Shown piece by piece: positions 50,715-59,021 of a DNA stretch of 64,000 nt. The DNA is from an uncultured Acidimicrobiales bacterium (GTDB lineage: Bacteria > Actinomycetota > Acidimicrobiia > Acidimicrobiales > SZUA-35). The stretch lies in assembly GCA_963751955.1 (NCBI GenBank), contig CAVVWM010000011.1, positions 117,888 through 181,887 on the forward strand, written 5' to 3'. The notes beneath the pieces were generated by a model that saw only the letters and a list, made by a program, of their open reading frames with translations, ran no database searches and was not told the origin of the DNA. The position numbers were made by a program, and so were the translations under genes. Each line of letters begins with the position of its first letter. The stretch's first letter is position 1.

Positions 50715-51277
50715 GGGCCCACTGGCCGGGTTGCCACGAGGTACACGGGGCGAACAGCCCGAACCATTCCCAGACGACGAGCTCGAGCGACGATCACCTC
50801 AGGAGACGAAGCTTCGACAACCTGACGGTCGAGGAGCGCAAGATCGTTCTCAAGTCGGTTTGTTTCAGCTTGGATTCGGTCGGTTTCAGCCTGAGTTTGC
50901 ACCAACTGCGCCTGCACCAGTGCTGCTGCAAAGAAGGCACCGACCAGGAGCAGGAGCGAGGCGAACACCAGCCGGCGACGGCGGGTTCGACTCCGCAAGG
51001 CCCCGACGTCTATCAGAAAGAGCGGACCACGGACACTTGTGTTGCGAGGGGACCCCGTGCGCGTCTGGGATGCGTTCTTCTTCGTCGTGTCTTTGCGCGA
51101 CACCCCTTTGGTGGCGCTCTTTCTTCGCCCAGCATGTTGTGCTTTGCCAGCTCTCGCCGTTGTTTTGGACGGCGGCTTCTTGGACGGCGGCGTCCTGGAC
51201 GTCGACGAGGTCCGTTTGGCCTTGTTCTTGGCACCGGTCCCTTCGCTACGGGGTGAGTCCATCTTCAGCGCATTCAT
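50711..51277 (-). CDS. ftsL: FtsL-like septal protein with a basic N-terminal tail
   Basis: Lies between rsmH and ftsI; single TM, then coiled coil and SP..I...AR.LGMV motif. Confidence 0.8.
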   Translation of the reverse strand: MNALKMDSPRSEGTGAKNKAKRTSSTSRTPPSKKPPSKTTARAGKAQHAGRRKSATKGVSRKDTTKKNASQTRTGSPRNTSVRGPLFLIDVGALRSRTRRRRLVFASLLLLVGAFFAAALVQAQLVQTQAETDRIQAETNRLENDLALLDRQVVEASSPEVIVARARRLGMVRAVRPVYLVATRPVGP

Positions 51278-52203
51278 GCTGCTACCCGTTCGATGGCGCG
51301 CAAACGAGCACTGCGAGAACGTGGATTTCGTGTTACCTCGCTATCGCCCGCGGTTTGCGAGATCGGACGGAGGAGGCGAAATGGAGCGGGTTCTTCCGGC
51401 ACCGGTATGTGGGCTGGTGTCTGCGACGTGCTCACCTCGCGGAAGACACCCTTGACGATTCGGTCCTCGCCCGAATGGTAGGTGAGCACGACTCCCCTGC
51501 CCGACAGCACCAGTCGATTCAACGCTGCCTCGAGAGCAGGTTGAAGAACGGACAATTCGTCATTCACTGCGACTCGAAGCGCCTGGAACGTCCGCTTGGC
51601 CGGGTGGCCGCCGGTGCGGCGGGCGGCTGCGGGAATAGACCGCACGACTACCTCGGCCAGATCGACCGTTCTGAGAAGCGGGCGTGCGGCCACGATCGCC
51701 TTTGCGATCCGCTGTGCGAATCGTTCGTCTCCACCGCTGCGAATTACCTCAGCAAGCTGCTGCTGTGGCCACGTGTTCACGATTGTCTCAGCTGTCAGCC
51801 CGGACTCTGGGTTCATCCGCATGTCGAGCGGGCCGTCATGGCGGAAGCTGAAGCCCCGCTCGGGAAGGTCGAGTTGCGGCGAGCTGACCCCAAGATCGAA
51901 CAGGAAGCCCGAGATGACACCGATACCGGCGTCGTCCAGCAGTTGGTTGAGGAGATCGAAACGACCAGCGATGACCTTGGCGCGATCACCAAAGGGCACC
52001 AGACGCTCTGCGGCTGCGGTACGTGCCAACGGATCCTGATCAATTCCGACGATGCTCAAATGGGGAGCAGCTTCGAGCAGATGCACGGCGTGGCCGGCGC
52101 CGCCCAGGGTCGCGTCGACAACGACCCCGGAAGGGACGACTGAGAGAATCTCAATGGTCTCAGTTGCCAGAACCGGGGCATGGTCGAACCAACTAGGCGT
52201 CAT
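51274..52203 (-). CDS. rsmH: 16S rRNA m4C1402 methyltransferase
   Basis: H.PVL, DATLGGAGH, DLGVSSPQLD..ERGFSF, PLDMRM, FQALR.AVN.EL, YHSGEDR and NPRSRSA.LR motifs. Confidence 0.98.
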   Translation of the reverse strand: MTPSWFDHAPVLATETIEILSVVPSGVVVDATLGGAGHAVHLLEAAPHLSIVGIDQDPLARTAAAERLVPFGDRAKVIAGRFDLLNQLLDDAGIGVISGFLFDLGVSSPQLDLPERGFSFRHDGPLDMRMNPESGLTAETIVNTWPQQQLAEVIRSGGDERFAQRIAKAIVAARPLLRTVDLAEVVVRSIPAAARRTGGHPAKRTFQALRVAVNDELSVLQPALEAALNRLVLSGRGVVLTYHSGEDRIVKGVFREVSTSQTPAHIPVPEEPAPFRLLRPISQTAGDSEVTRNPRSRSARLRAIERVAA

Positions 52204-52288
52204 GAGTCATGCCGGCGTCACCCTCTTCGTTCCCTCGGGTACCCCTTCGGGGACCTTTTCACTCGCTTCGAGCGTTCGGGATAGAGGT

Positions 52289-52425
52289 GTTTCGGTTATC
52301 GGTTGCCCCTCGGGGGCCGGACGTACGTCAGGATGTCTCCCTGAGCGCACTTGAGGGGTAACGGGCGGAGTTGTGGGGCAGAAGTACCCTTCCCCGAACC
52401 CCGAGAAGCAACCGATGACCGAAAC
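52289..52425 (-). ncRNA. Putative cis-regulatory structured RNA between mraZ and rsmH (position of the actinobacterial mraW RNA motif)
   Basis: 27-nt inverted repeat arms at 52289-52315 and 52399-52425 (24/27 Watson-Crick pairs plus two G-U pairs on the minus-strand RNA) enclose internal hairpins. Confidence 0.6.
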
Positions 52426-52489
52426 GGAATCTAGGTAAAGCCGAGCTCCTTTCGTTTCCGTGCCGCCAGGCGTCGTTGATGGGCGTGCA

Positions 52490-52915
52490 TTAGAAACCCA
52501 TCTGATCGAGGGCCGCACTCACCTTGAGCGAAGCTTCCTCTGTATCGTGCATCGAGGTGAAGATCTCCGTAGGCCAGATCTCGATCCGAGACAACGAACC
52601 GTTCAAGACAACGGTTTGACCAAGGGTGAAGCCGTCGAGCAGCGACTTGTTGATGGTGATTCGACCGGCGCTGTCGATCTTCACCCGTTGAGTTTCCGAG
52701 GTCAGCTTTCTGAAACTCACGGCGTCCAATGTTCCGGATCGGCGATGGTCTTCCCACTCCACGGTGACCTTTTCGTAGGTCTTCTCGTCCCACAAACCCA
52801 GACGTTCTCCAAGACGAACGACATAGCCCCGCTGACCCAGCTCCTCTCGGAACGCGGGCGGCAACACAACACGACCCTTGTCGTCCAGCGTGTGCTCGTA
52901 CTGACCAACGAACAA
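52490..52915 (-). CDS. mraZ: dcw transcriptional regulator MraZ
   Basis: MFVGQYEHTLDDKGRV.LP..FR, DSAGRI and IEIW motifs. Confidence 0.96.
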   Translation of the reverse strand: MFVGQYEHTLDDKGRVVLPPAFREELGQRGYVVRLGERLGLWDEKTYEKVTVEWEDHRRSGTLDAVSFRKLTSETQRVKIDSAGRITINKSLLDGFTLGQTVVLNGSLSRIEIWPTEIFTSMHDTEEASLKVSAALDQMGF

Positions 52916-53000
52916 CGTGCACCTCGCCTCCCCCGGATTCTCTGCTTCGGATCACCGTGCCCAGCCGAACGAGTCCGACAACGGGCAGGAATGGGCTAGT

Positions 53001-53050
53001 CACCCATTTCGCCCCACCCTAACCCCCCATCCCCCACTCTGTCCACCAAT
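53001..53050 (-). promoter_or_regulatory. MraZ-binding GTGG(G) repeat array at the dcw promoter
   Basis: About five (G/A)TGG(G)-like units at roughly 10-bp spacing on the minus strand (plus strand cccat/cccac/cccca/cccac/ccac), upstream of mraZ; matches known MraZ operator architecture. Confidence 0.75.
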
Positions 53051-53163
53051 CTTCCAGAAATCGCGCCCGATTCTCCTCCGAGCAGGACAAACGTCGTCGC
53101 ATGAACCTGCCCAGTCACCAACGGTCGCTGGCAGCCGCAGGGCGAACCAGTCACACTGAGGGC

Positions 53164-53829
53164 ATGATGCCGGGAAGAGGTCGATGGTGGGATGTCATCT
53201 CGAGCGTTGGGACCGCCGCTGACCTGCACAATCGCCCGATACCAACGAGTTGTCAGCGACTCGTCTGGTCCCATCGAGTGAGCGAACCAGCGATTGTGAT
53301 CGGCTCGGCCCAGCCTGCATCGGATCTCGACTCAGCCCGAACCCGAGACATCGAAGTCGCTCGACGTCGTAGCGGAGGAGGGGCGGTTCTGCTGCGACCG
53401 ACCGATACGTGGATCGATGTGCTCATCGGTCGTGATGACGAGCTGTGGGACGACGACGTCGGGCGAGCTTTTCATTGGCTGGGTGGTGTGTGGGAGCGAA
53501 CCTTTCGCTCGCTCGGGACCCAATCGACGATGCACCAGGGCGCCCTTGAGAATCGTGACGCGGGCCAACACGTATGTTTCGCGGGGCTGGGTCCGGGCGA
53601 GCTCCTCGACCAACGAGGCGTGAAGCTCCTAGGGCTCTCGCAACGCCGCACCCGCGATGTGGCTCGTTTTCAGTGTTTGGTTCCGTATCGGAGCCGTCTC
53701 AATCAGACCACTGTCTATCTCACGCCTGAAGTGGTTTCGGGTCTGGATGGGGAGACCGAGATCGGTTCGACGCTGGACCCCAGCGTTTTGACTACTGCAT
53801 TCCTAACCGAACTGGCCCGACTCCCGTGA
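53164..53829 (+). CDS. Lipoate-protein ligase (BPL/LPL) family, catalytic domain only
   Basis: IVIGSAQ, RRRSGGGAV and CF.....GE......KLLGLSQRR motifs. Confidence 0.82.
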   Translation: MMPGRGRWWDVISSVGTAADLHNRPIPTSCQRLVWSHRVSEPAIVIGSAQPASDLDSARTRDIEVARRRSGGGAVLLRPTDTWIDVLIGRDDELWDDDVGRAFHWLGGVWERTFRSLGTQSTMHQGALENRDAGQHVCFAGLGPGELLDQRGVKLLGLSQRRTRDVARFQCLVPYRSRLNQTTVYLTPEVVSGLDGETEIGSTLDPSVLTTAFLTELARLP

Positions 53830-53854
53830 TCGCCAGCGCGGGGCTAGTCCCGGT

Positions 53855-54223
53855 TCATTCGGTTGCTTTGGACTCCTCAATGCTCTTGCGCACTTCGTCC
53901 ATGTCGAGTGACTTCACTTGGCCGACGAGATCCTCGAGTGCTGCCGCGGGAATAGCGCCGGGTTGGGAGAACACCTGAATTCCATCACGGAAGATCATCA
54001 AGGTTGGGATGGAGCGAATGCCGAGACCTCCAGAAAGCGCCTGCTCAGCCTCGGTGTCGACCTTGGCAAAAACCGCATCGGGGTGATCCTCAGATACCTG
54101 CTCATAGATGGGAGCGAAGGACTTGCATGGGCCGCACCATTCTGCCCAGAAGTCGACGAGCACGACGCCGTCGCTCTCGATGAGGGGCATGAACTCTGCT
54201 TCAGAAATGTTCTTGGTTGGCAT
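53855..54223 (-). CDS. trxA: Thioredoxin
   Basis: VDFWAEWCGPCK, KVD and IRSIPTL motifs. Confidence 0.95.
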   Translation of the reverse strand: MPTKNISEAEFMPLIESDGVVLVDFWAEWCGPCKSFAPIYEQVSEDHPDAVFAKVDTEAEQALSGGLGIRSIPTLMIFRDGIQVFSQPGAIPAAALEDLVGQVKSLDMDEVRKSIEESKATE

Positions 54224-54327
54224 TGGGCTTCTTTCGTTCTGGCCATCGTCTACGGCTTCAGCCATCCACAACGTCCAGGGAGGGTCGCGTATTCCGCCTG
54301 CTGGTCAAGGCCCGCCGCGGGTCGGAG

Positions 54328-55209
54328 CTATCCGATCTCGCCGGTTAGGCCTGTACCGAATCTGCCGACCGCTCGATGAACCGATTGGGCAGTTACGACG
54401 CCGAGGAACAGAACAACGGAAGTGAGCGCCATCGTGGCTCCTGCCGCAGTGTCGGCGTGGTAACTGATCAGGAGGCCGAGGAAGACACAGCCCACTCCAA
54501 GGCCGACGGCGGTCACCATGATCAATGGAACCCGCCGAACGAGGAGGGCCGCTGTGGCCGGCGGTGCGATCAGAAATGCGAAAACCAAGAGGTTGCCCAC
54601 CGCCTCGAAAGACGCCACGATCGAAAGAGCAACAAGCACCAGCAGGACGCCATGGGAGAGTCGTGGCCGAAGTCCTAAGAGCTGCGCCTGAGTTTCATCG
54701 AAGGTCATCACCAAAAACGCCCGATAGAAGACGGTCACTCCCAGTACGGAGACACCGGCGGCTGCGGCCTGGCGAAGCAAGTCGGCATTGTCTACGCCGG
54801 TGATCGAACCGAAGAGGAAGCGGTTGAGATCGCCGGTGTACGCGCCGGTCTGGCTTGACATGATGACAACCGCGAGGGCGAGAAACCCGACGAACAGCAC
54901 GCCGATCGAGGTGTCTTCGGGTAAAGGCGAGTGGCTTCGGACCAGGTTGACACCGGCCACCATCGCCAGCGCTGCCACCATTGCCCCGATGCCCGTATCG
55001 ATCCCGAGGATAAACGCAATTGCGATCCCGGGGAGGGCCCCATGGGCCAGCGCATCACCAAGAAAACTCATACCCCGCAGAACAACCCAGGTGCCGACCA
55101 GCGAAGTGGCCACGACGGCCAGAATCCCGGCCAGCAGGGCGCTTCTCATGAACGCATTCGACGTGAACGGGTCGATCCACCAGCTGACGGGGTCGGTCAG
55201 CATTGACAT
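54328..55209 (-). CDS. Zn/Mn ABC transporter permease (ZnuB/AztB-like)
   Basis: G..VVLRGMSF.GDALAH..LPG, LFGSI and VG..LV.A.LI.P.ATA motifs. Confidence 0.93.
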   Translation of the reverse strand: MSMLTDPVSWWIDPFTSNAFMRSALLAGILAVVATSLVGTWVVLRGMSFLGDALAHGALPGIAIAFILGIDTGIGAMVAALAMVAGVNLVRSHSPLPEDTSIGVLFVGFLALAVVIMSSQTGAYTGDLNRFLFGSITGVDNADLLRQAAAAGVSVLGVTVFYRAFLVMTFDETQAQLLGLRPRLSHGVLLVLVALSIVASFEAVGNLLVFAFLIAPPATAALLVRRVPLIMVTAVGLGVGCVFLGLLISYHADTAAGATMALTSVVLFLGVVTAQSVHRAVGRFGTGLTGEIG

Positions 55210-55218
55210 CGAGGGATC

Positions 55219-56148
55219 CTACTTAAGAGCATCACTGATGAGCTGCGCGGTGGTGCGGAGCAGACCGATGTAGGAGTCTGAGGGTTCACCCCTCGGGCCG
55301 AGGGATCCGGTGTCGAGGACGACGACTTCGATATCGCCAACACGGCGAGCCAGTGCCGCTGCATCATCGGAAGACTGCTGGGAGTCGGTGAAGATGGCCG
55401 GCACGTCGGCGGTCTGGATGAGTTCCGCCAACCGCTCTAGCTGGGCCGGACTCGTTTCAGCCAGTGTCGACGAGGCCGGGATCACCGTTCCGATGACCTC
55501 GAATCCGTAACGACGGGCGAAGTAGCCGAGCGAATCATGGTTGGTCACCAGCTTCCGCCGACCTTCAGGGACCGCAGCCACAATCTTCTCGACCTCGATG
55601 TCGAGGTCGGTGAGCGCCTGTTGATACCGCTCCATGCACGACCCAATCGAGGCCTCATCGAGGCCGGCATGTTCTACCAAGTCTGCGGCCAACGCAGGTA
55701 GGGCCGACGCCACAAGCATTGGGTCGAACCAGATATGGGGGTCCTCACCGTCGTTGCCACTGATGCTGCCCTGGTTCGAGGCATCCGCCCCAGACAGCTT
55801 GATGTGATCGGAGAACCAGAAGACGGGGGTGCCGTGATCGGCAGAAGCGGCGATGGTGTCTTCAAGGCCCTCTTCCAACGCCAGCCCATTGGCGACGATG
55901 AGCGAAGCGTTGTCCAGGCGCTCTCGGTCGGCCAGGGATGGCTCGAACCCATGTGGGTCCCCTCCAGGGGGTATCAGAATGTCAAGGACCACCCGCTCAT
56001 CGCAAGCCACATTTGCCACGACGTCGGCCCAGATGTTGGTGGTGACGACAATGGTCGAATCGGCCGTTGTGTCCGACGGAGTCGTACCTCCGCAGCCTGC
56101 GATGAAGACAGCGCCAATGCTGATCGCAGCCAAGAGGCGGGAGTTCAC
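55219..56148 (-). CDS. Zn/Mn ABC transporter substrate-binding lipoprotein (ZnuA/AztC-like)
   Basis: Lipobox FIAGC; DPHGFEPS, NGL.LE, DPHIW and HDSLGYF motifs. Confidence 0.93.
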   Translation of the reverse strand: MNSRLLAAISIGAVFIAGCGGTTPSDTTADSTIVVTTNIWADVVANVACDERVVLDILIPPGGDPHGFEPSLADRERLDNASLIVANGLALEEGLEDTIAASADHGTPVFWFSDHIKLSGADASNQGSISGNDGEDPHIWFDPMLVASALPALAADLVEHAGLDEASIGSCMERYQQALTDLDIEVEKIVAAVPEGRRKLVTNHDSLGYFARRYGFEVIGTVIPASSTLAETSPAQLERLAELIQTADVPAIFTDSQQSSDDAAALARRVGDIEVVVLDTGSLGPRGEPSDSYIGLLRTTAQLISDALK

Positions 56149-56161
56149 TCGAACAGCATAT

Positions 56162-56182
56162 TGGTAATGATTCTCATTGCCA
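56162..56182. promoter_or_regulatory. Zur/Fur-type operator in the divergent promoter
   Basis: TGGTAATGA-TTC-TCATTGCCA inverted repeat (8/9 per arm) with an AATGA-N3-TCATT core, in the 48-bp gap between divergent metal-transport genes next to a Fur-family gene. Confidence 0.85.
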
Positions 56183-56196
56183 CTAAGCTTGCGATC

Positions 56197-56993
56197 GTGT
56201 TCGAACTCGACAACGTCACCGTTGTCTACGACGGTCGGCTTGCGCTTCGTATGCCATCCACCCGCTTCAGGGCCGGGACCCTCATCGCGTTGATCGGACC
56301 GAACGGGTCGGGAAAACCACGCTGCTCCGACTCCTTGGTGGCCTGGAGAAACCGACCACGGGCACGATCAGACGAGATGAGTCCGACCGCGGTGGGGTCG
56401 CCTACGTCGGTCAGCGGAATGACCAACATTCGTGGATGCCGCTGACGGTTGGCGAGGTGCTCAAGATGGGCCGGTATGGAAAACGTGGACTCCTGGGCAG
56501 GCTGGACTCGACCGACCGACAATCGATCAGCGATGCCGCCCACCGCCTCCAGATCGAGGATCTGGTGCTTCGTCGGTTCGGTTCGCTTTCGGGAGGTCAA
56601 CGCCAACGCGTTCTCATCGCCAAGGCGATCTCCCAGGATGCCACATGCCTACTGCTTGACGAACCAATCACCGGACTCGACTTCACAAGCCAGGAGATCA
56701 TCCTCGAGGTCGTGTGTAGCGAACGAGATCACGGCCGACTCGTCGTCTTGTCAACGCACCACCTCGATGAGGCCGAGCGATGTGATCGAGTACTTCTACT
56801 CGCGACCGCCTTGATCGCCGACGGAACGCCCGAAGTGGTGCTGCGACCGGGTCCCCTGGGCAAGGCATTCGGTCATCGCGTGCTCAAAGACCCCGCCGGC
56901 GACCGTGCCATCGTCATCGACGACCATGGCCACAATCACGCCCACGATCGGGCTGCGATCTCACTTGACGTCCAGTCGGAGAGAACTTCGTGA
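56197..56993 (+). CDS. Zn/Mn ABC transporter ATPase (ZnuC/AztA-like); frameshift in the A4 run at 56313-56316
   Basis: Walker A GPNGSGK(TT), restored by adding one A, runs into ORF 56436..56993 with LSGGQRQR, LLLDEP and a His-rich tail DDHGHNHAHD. Confidence 0.9.
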
Positions 56994-57454
56994 GATCACG
57001 GGCAAGCGAGCAAAACGACAATGGCGAGGTTCACGATCAAGTGGCCCGCCAGCTAGTCGAGGGCGATCAACGATACACAACGGCCAGGCGAAGCCTTGTG
57101 AGCGTTCTCCTTGCGGCGGGGCGACCGGTGACCCTGCCCGACATCACACAATTGGCTCCTGATCTCGCACAGAGTTCGGTGTACCGAAACCTCGATGTCC
57201 TGGAACGGTCCGGTGTGATTCGGCGAATAACAGCAGGCTCGGAGTACGCCCACTTCGAGCTCACCGAAGAGCTTTTGGGGCACCATCATCACCTCATCTG
57301 TGTCAGGTGTGGCTCGCTCGACGACATACACCTCGATGACCACCTGGAGTTGCTGGTGGATCAGCACCTTCGGGAGCTCGCCGAGCAGGTCGGGTTCGAT
57401 CCTCTCCACCACAGCCTGGACCTCTACGGTCGCTGCGCAGGTTGCCAGGATTGA
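56990..57454 (+). CDS. zur: Fur family regulator, probably Zur
   Basis: R.T..R, SVYRNL, HHHHLICVRC and C-terminal CAGC motifs; overlaps the ATPase stop. Confidence 0.85.
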   Translation: MRSRASEQNDNGEVHDQVARQLVEGDQRYTTARRSLVSVLLAAGRPVTLPDITQLAPDLAQSSVYRNLDVLERSGVIRRITAGSEYAHFELTEELLGHHHHLICVRCGSLDDIHLDDHLELLVDQHLRELAEQVGFDPLHHSLDLYGRCAGCQD

Positions 57455-57505
57455 CACCACCCCTTCGATTCCGAGAACTTGACCGCTCGGTCTAGTATTT
57501 GGTCT

Positions 57506-58753
57506 ATGCAGCCCACGTTCACCCCTGAAGCAGAGGCCTTCCGCGAGAAGGTTCAGGCCTTCCTCGCCGAACACCTCCCACCCAAGTGGAGCGGAATCGG
57601 CGCCCTCGACGAGGACGCTGCACTTCAATTCATGCTCGAGTGGCGGGGCACTCTGCGCGATCACCAGTACCTCGCTTCGAACTGGCCCACCGAATACGGC
57701 GGGGCCGGACTCACGGCCACCGAGTCGGTGATCTTGGCCGAAGAGTTCGCCAAAGCAGGGGTTCCGACCGGAGGCCCGAATGATGCGTTCAGCATACAAA
57801 TGGTCGGCAACACGATCCTCGCCTGGGGTACCGAGGAGCAGAAGAAACACTTCATCCCCCGAATCCTCAGCGGGGAAGACATTTGGTGTCAGGGGTACAG
57901 CGAACCCAACGCCGGATCGGACCTGGCGAACCTCGGATGTCGGGCGGTTCTCGACGGTGACGAGTGGGTCATCAACGGTCAGAAGATCTGGACCTCCGGA
58001 GGCCACATGGCCAACTGGATATTCGTCCTCACCCGTACCGATTCCGACGCTGCAAAACACCGGGGCATTTCCTTCATGCTCGTCCCAATGGACCAGCCCG
58101 GGGTCGAAGTCCGCCCCATCAAAATGATCAGCGGCCAGAGTGAGTTCAATGAAGTGTTCTTCACCGACGCCCGCTGCTCCAAAGAAAACGTTGTAGGCGA
58201 GGTCAATGGCGGCTGGGGTGTGGCGATGACCCTGCTTGGTTTCGAGCGTGGCGAAACCGCCGCAACCGCACCGATCGCATTCCGCACCGAGGTCGATCGT
58301 CTCTTCGAATTGGCCAGGATGTATGGCAAGAACGAGGATCCGGTAATCCGCCAACGTCTGGCGTGGTGTTACTCCAAAGTCGAGATCATGCGTTACCTCG
58401 GCATGCGCACGCTGACCGATTTTTTGAAGGGCGCCCACCCCGGACCGGAGGGCTCGCTGTTCAAGTTGTACTGGAGCGAGTATCACCGCACGATCACTGA
58501 ACTCGCCATCGATATTCTTGGTGCCGATGCCCTCTATCTCGACGGAAAGCTTCCAACCTCGGCATTCTCCACAGACTCCCCGGGAGCGCCGAACAACAGC
58601 GGCAGCTGGTTGGGCACGTTCATGAACGCCCGCGCCGGCACAATTTACGCTGGCACTTCTCAGGTGCAGCGGAACATCATCGGTGAGATGATGCTCGGCT
58701 TGCCCAAGGAACCCCGAGCCGACCGCGGCCCCTGGAACCAAGCGCCCAGGTAA
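57506..58753 (+). CDS. Acyl-CoA dehydrogenase family protein (FadE-type)
   Basis: WP.EYGG, WCQGYSEP.AGSDLA, INGQKIWTS, FNEVFF and IYAGTSQVQRNII motifs. Confidence 0.95.
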   Translation: MQPTFTPEAEAFREKVQAFLAEHLPPKWSGIGALDEDAALQFMLEWRGTLRDHQYLASNWPTEYGGAGLTATESVILAEEFAKAGVPTGGPNDAFSIQMVGNTILAWGTEEQKKHFIPRILSGEDIWCQGYSEPNAGSDLANLGCRAVLDGDEWVINGQKIWTSGGHMANWIFVLTRTDSDAAKHRGISFMLVPMDQPGVEVRPIKMISGQSEFNEVFFTDARCSKENVVGEVNGGWGVAMTLLGFERGETAATAPIAFRTEVDRLFELARMYGKNEDPVIRQRLAWCYSKVEIMRYLGMRTLTDFLKGAHPGPEGSLFKLYWSEYHRTITELAIDILGADALYLDGKLPTSAFSTDSPGAPNNSGSWLGTFMNARAGTIYAGTSQVQRNIIGEMMLGLPKEPRADRGPWNQAPR

Positions 58754-58773
58754 GGCCTCGGAAAGCCTGACCC

Positions 58774-59016
58774 GTGCAGATCAGCCGACCCATGGTCACC
58801 GCCGTCGTGAAACAGCCGCGACTGTGGCCCACTGCGATCAGGGCCTATCTGTCGTTGGTCCCCGATAGGTGGTGGAGTCGGCGCCCATTCCTCCCGGTTC
58901 CAGACTCCGATTGGATGCGTTTTCGGTTGGAGACCGCATATGGCGGAGACGGCACGGCCCCAAGCTCGGCAGGCGAGGAACTCACCACCTGGCTCAACTG
59001 GCTCAAGCAGCAATAG
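58774..59016 (+). CDS. Small hypothetical protein
   Basis: An 80-aa ORF fills the gap between the ACAD gene and the convergent methyltransferase; Trp/Pro-rich sequence (WWSRRPFLPVPD.DWMRFRLETAYG). Confidence 0.6.
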   Translation: MQISRPMVTAVVKQPRLWPTAIRAYLSLVPDRWWSRRPFLPVPDSDWMRFRLETAYGGDGTAPSSAGEELTTWLNWLKQQ

Positions 59017-59021
59017 ACAGC

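Noticed and set aside
50701-52143. 480-aa plus-strand ORF, and similar long ORFs at 19722..20840, 20895..21986 and 40000..41106
   Set aside because: Antisense shadows of ftsL/rsmH, dnaE and ftsQ.
57053-58741. 562-aa minus-strand ORF
   Set aside because: Antisense shadow of the acyl-CoA dehydrogenase and zur genes; expected in high-GC DNA and has no motifs.
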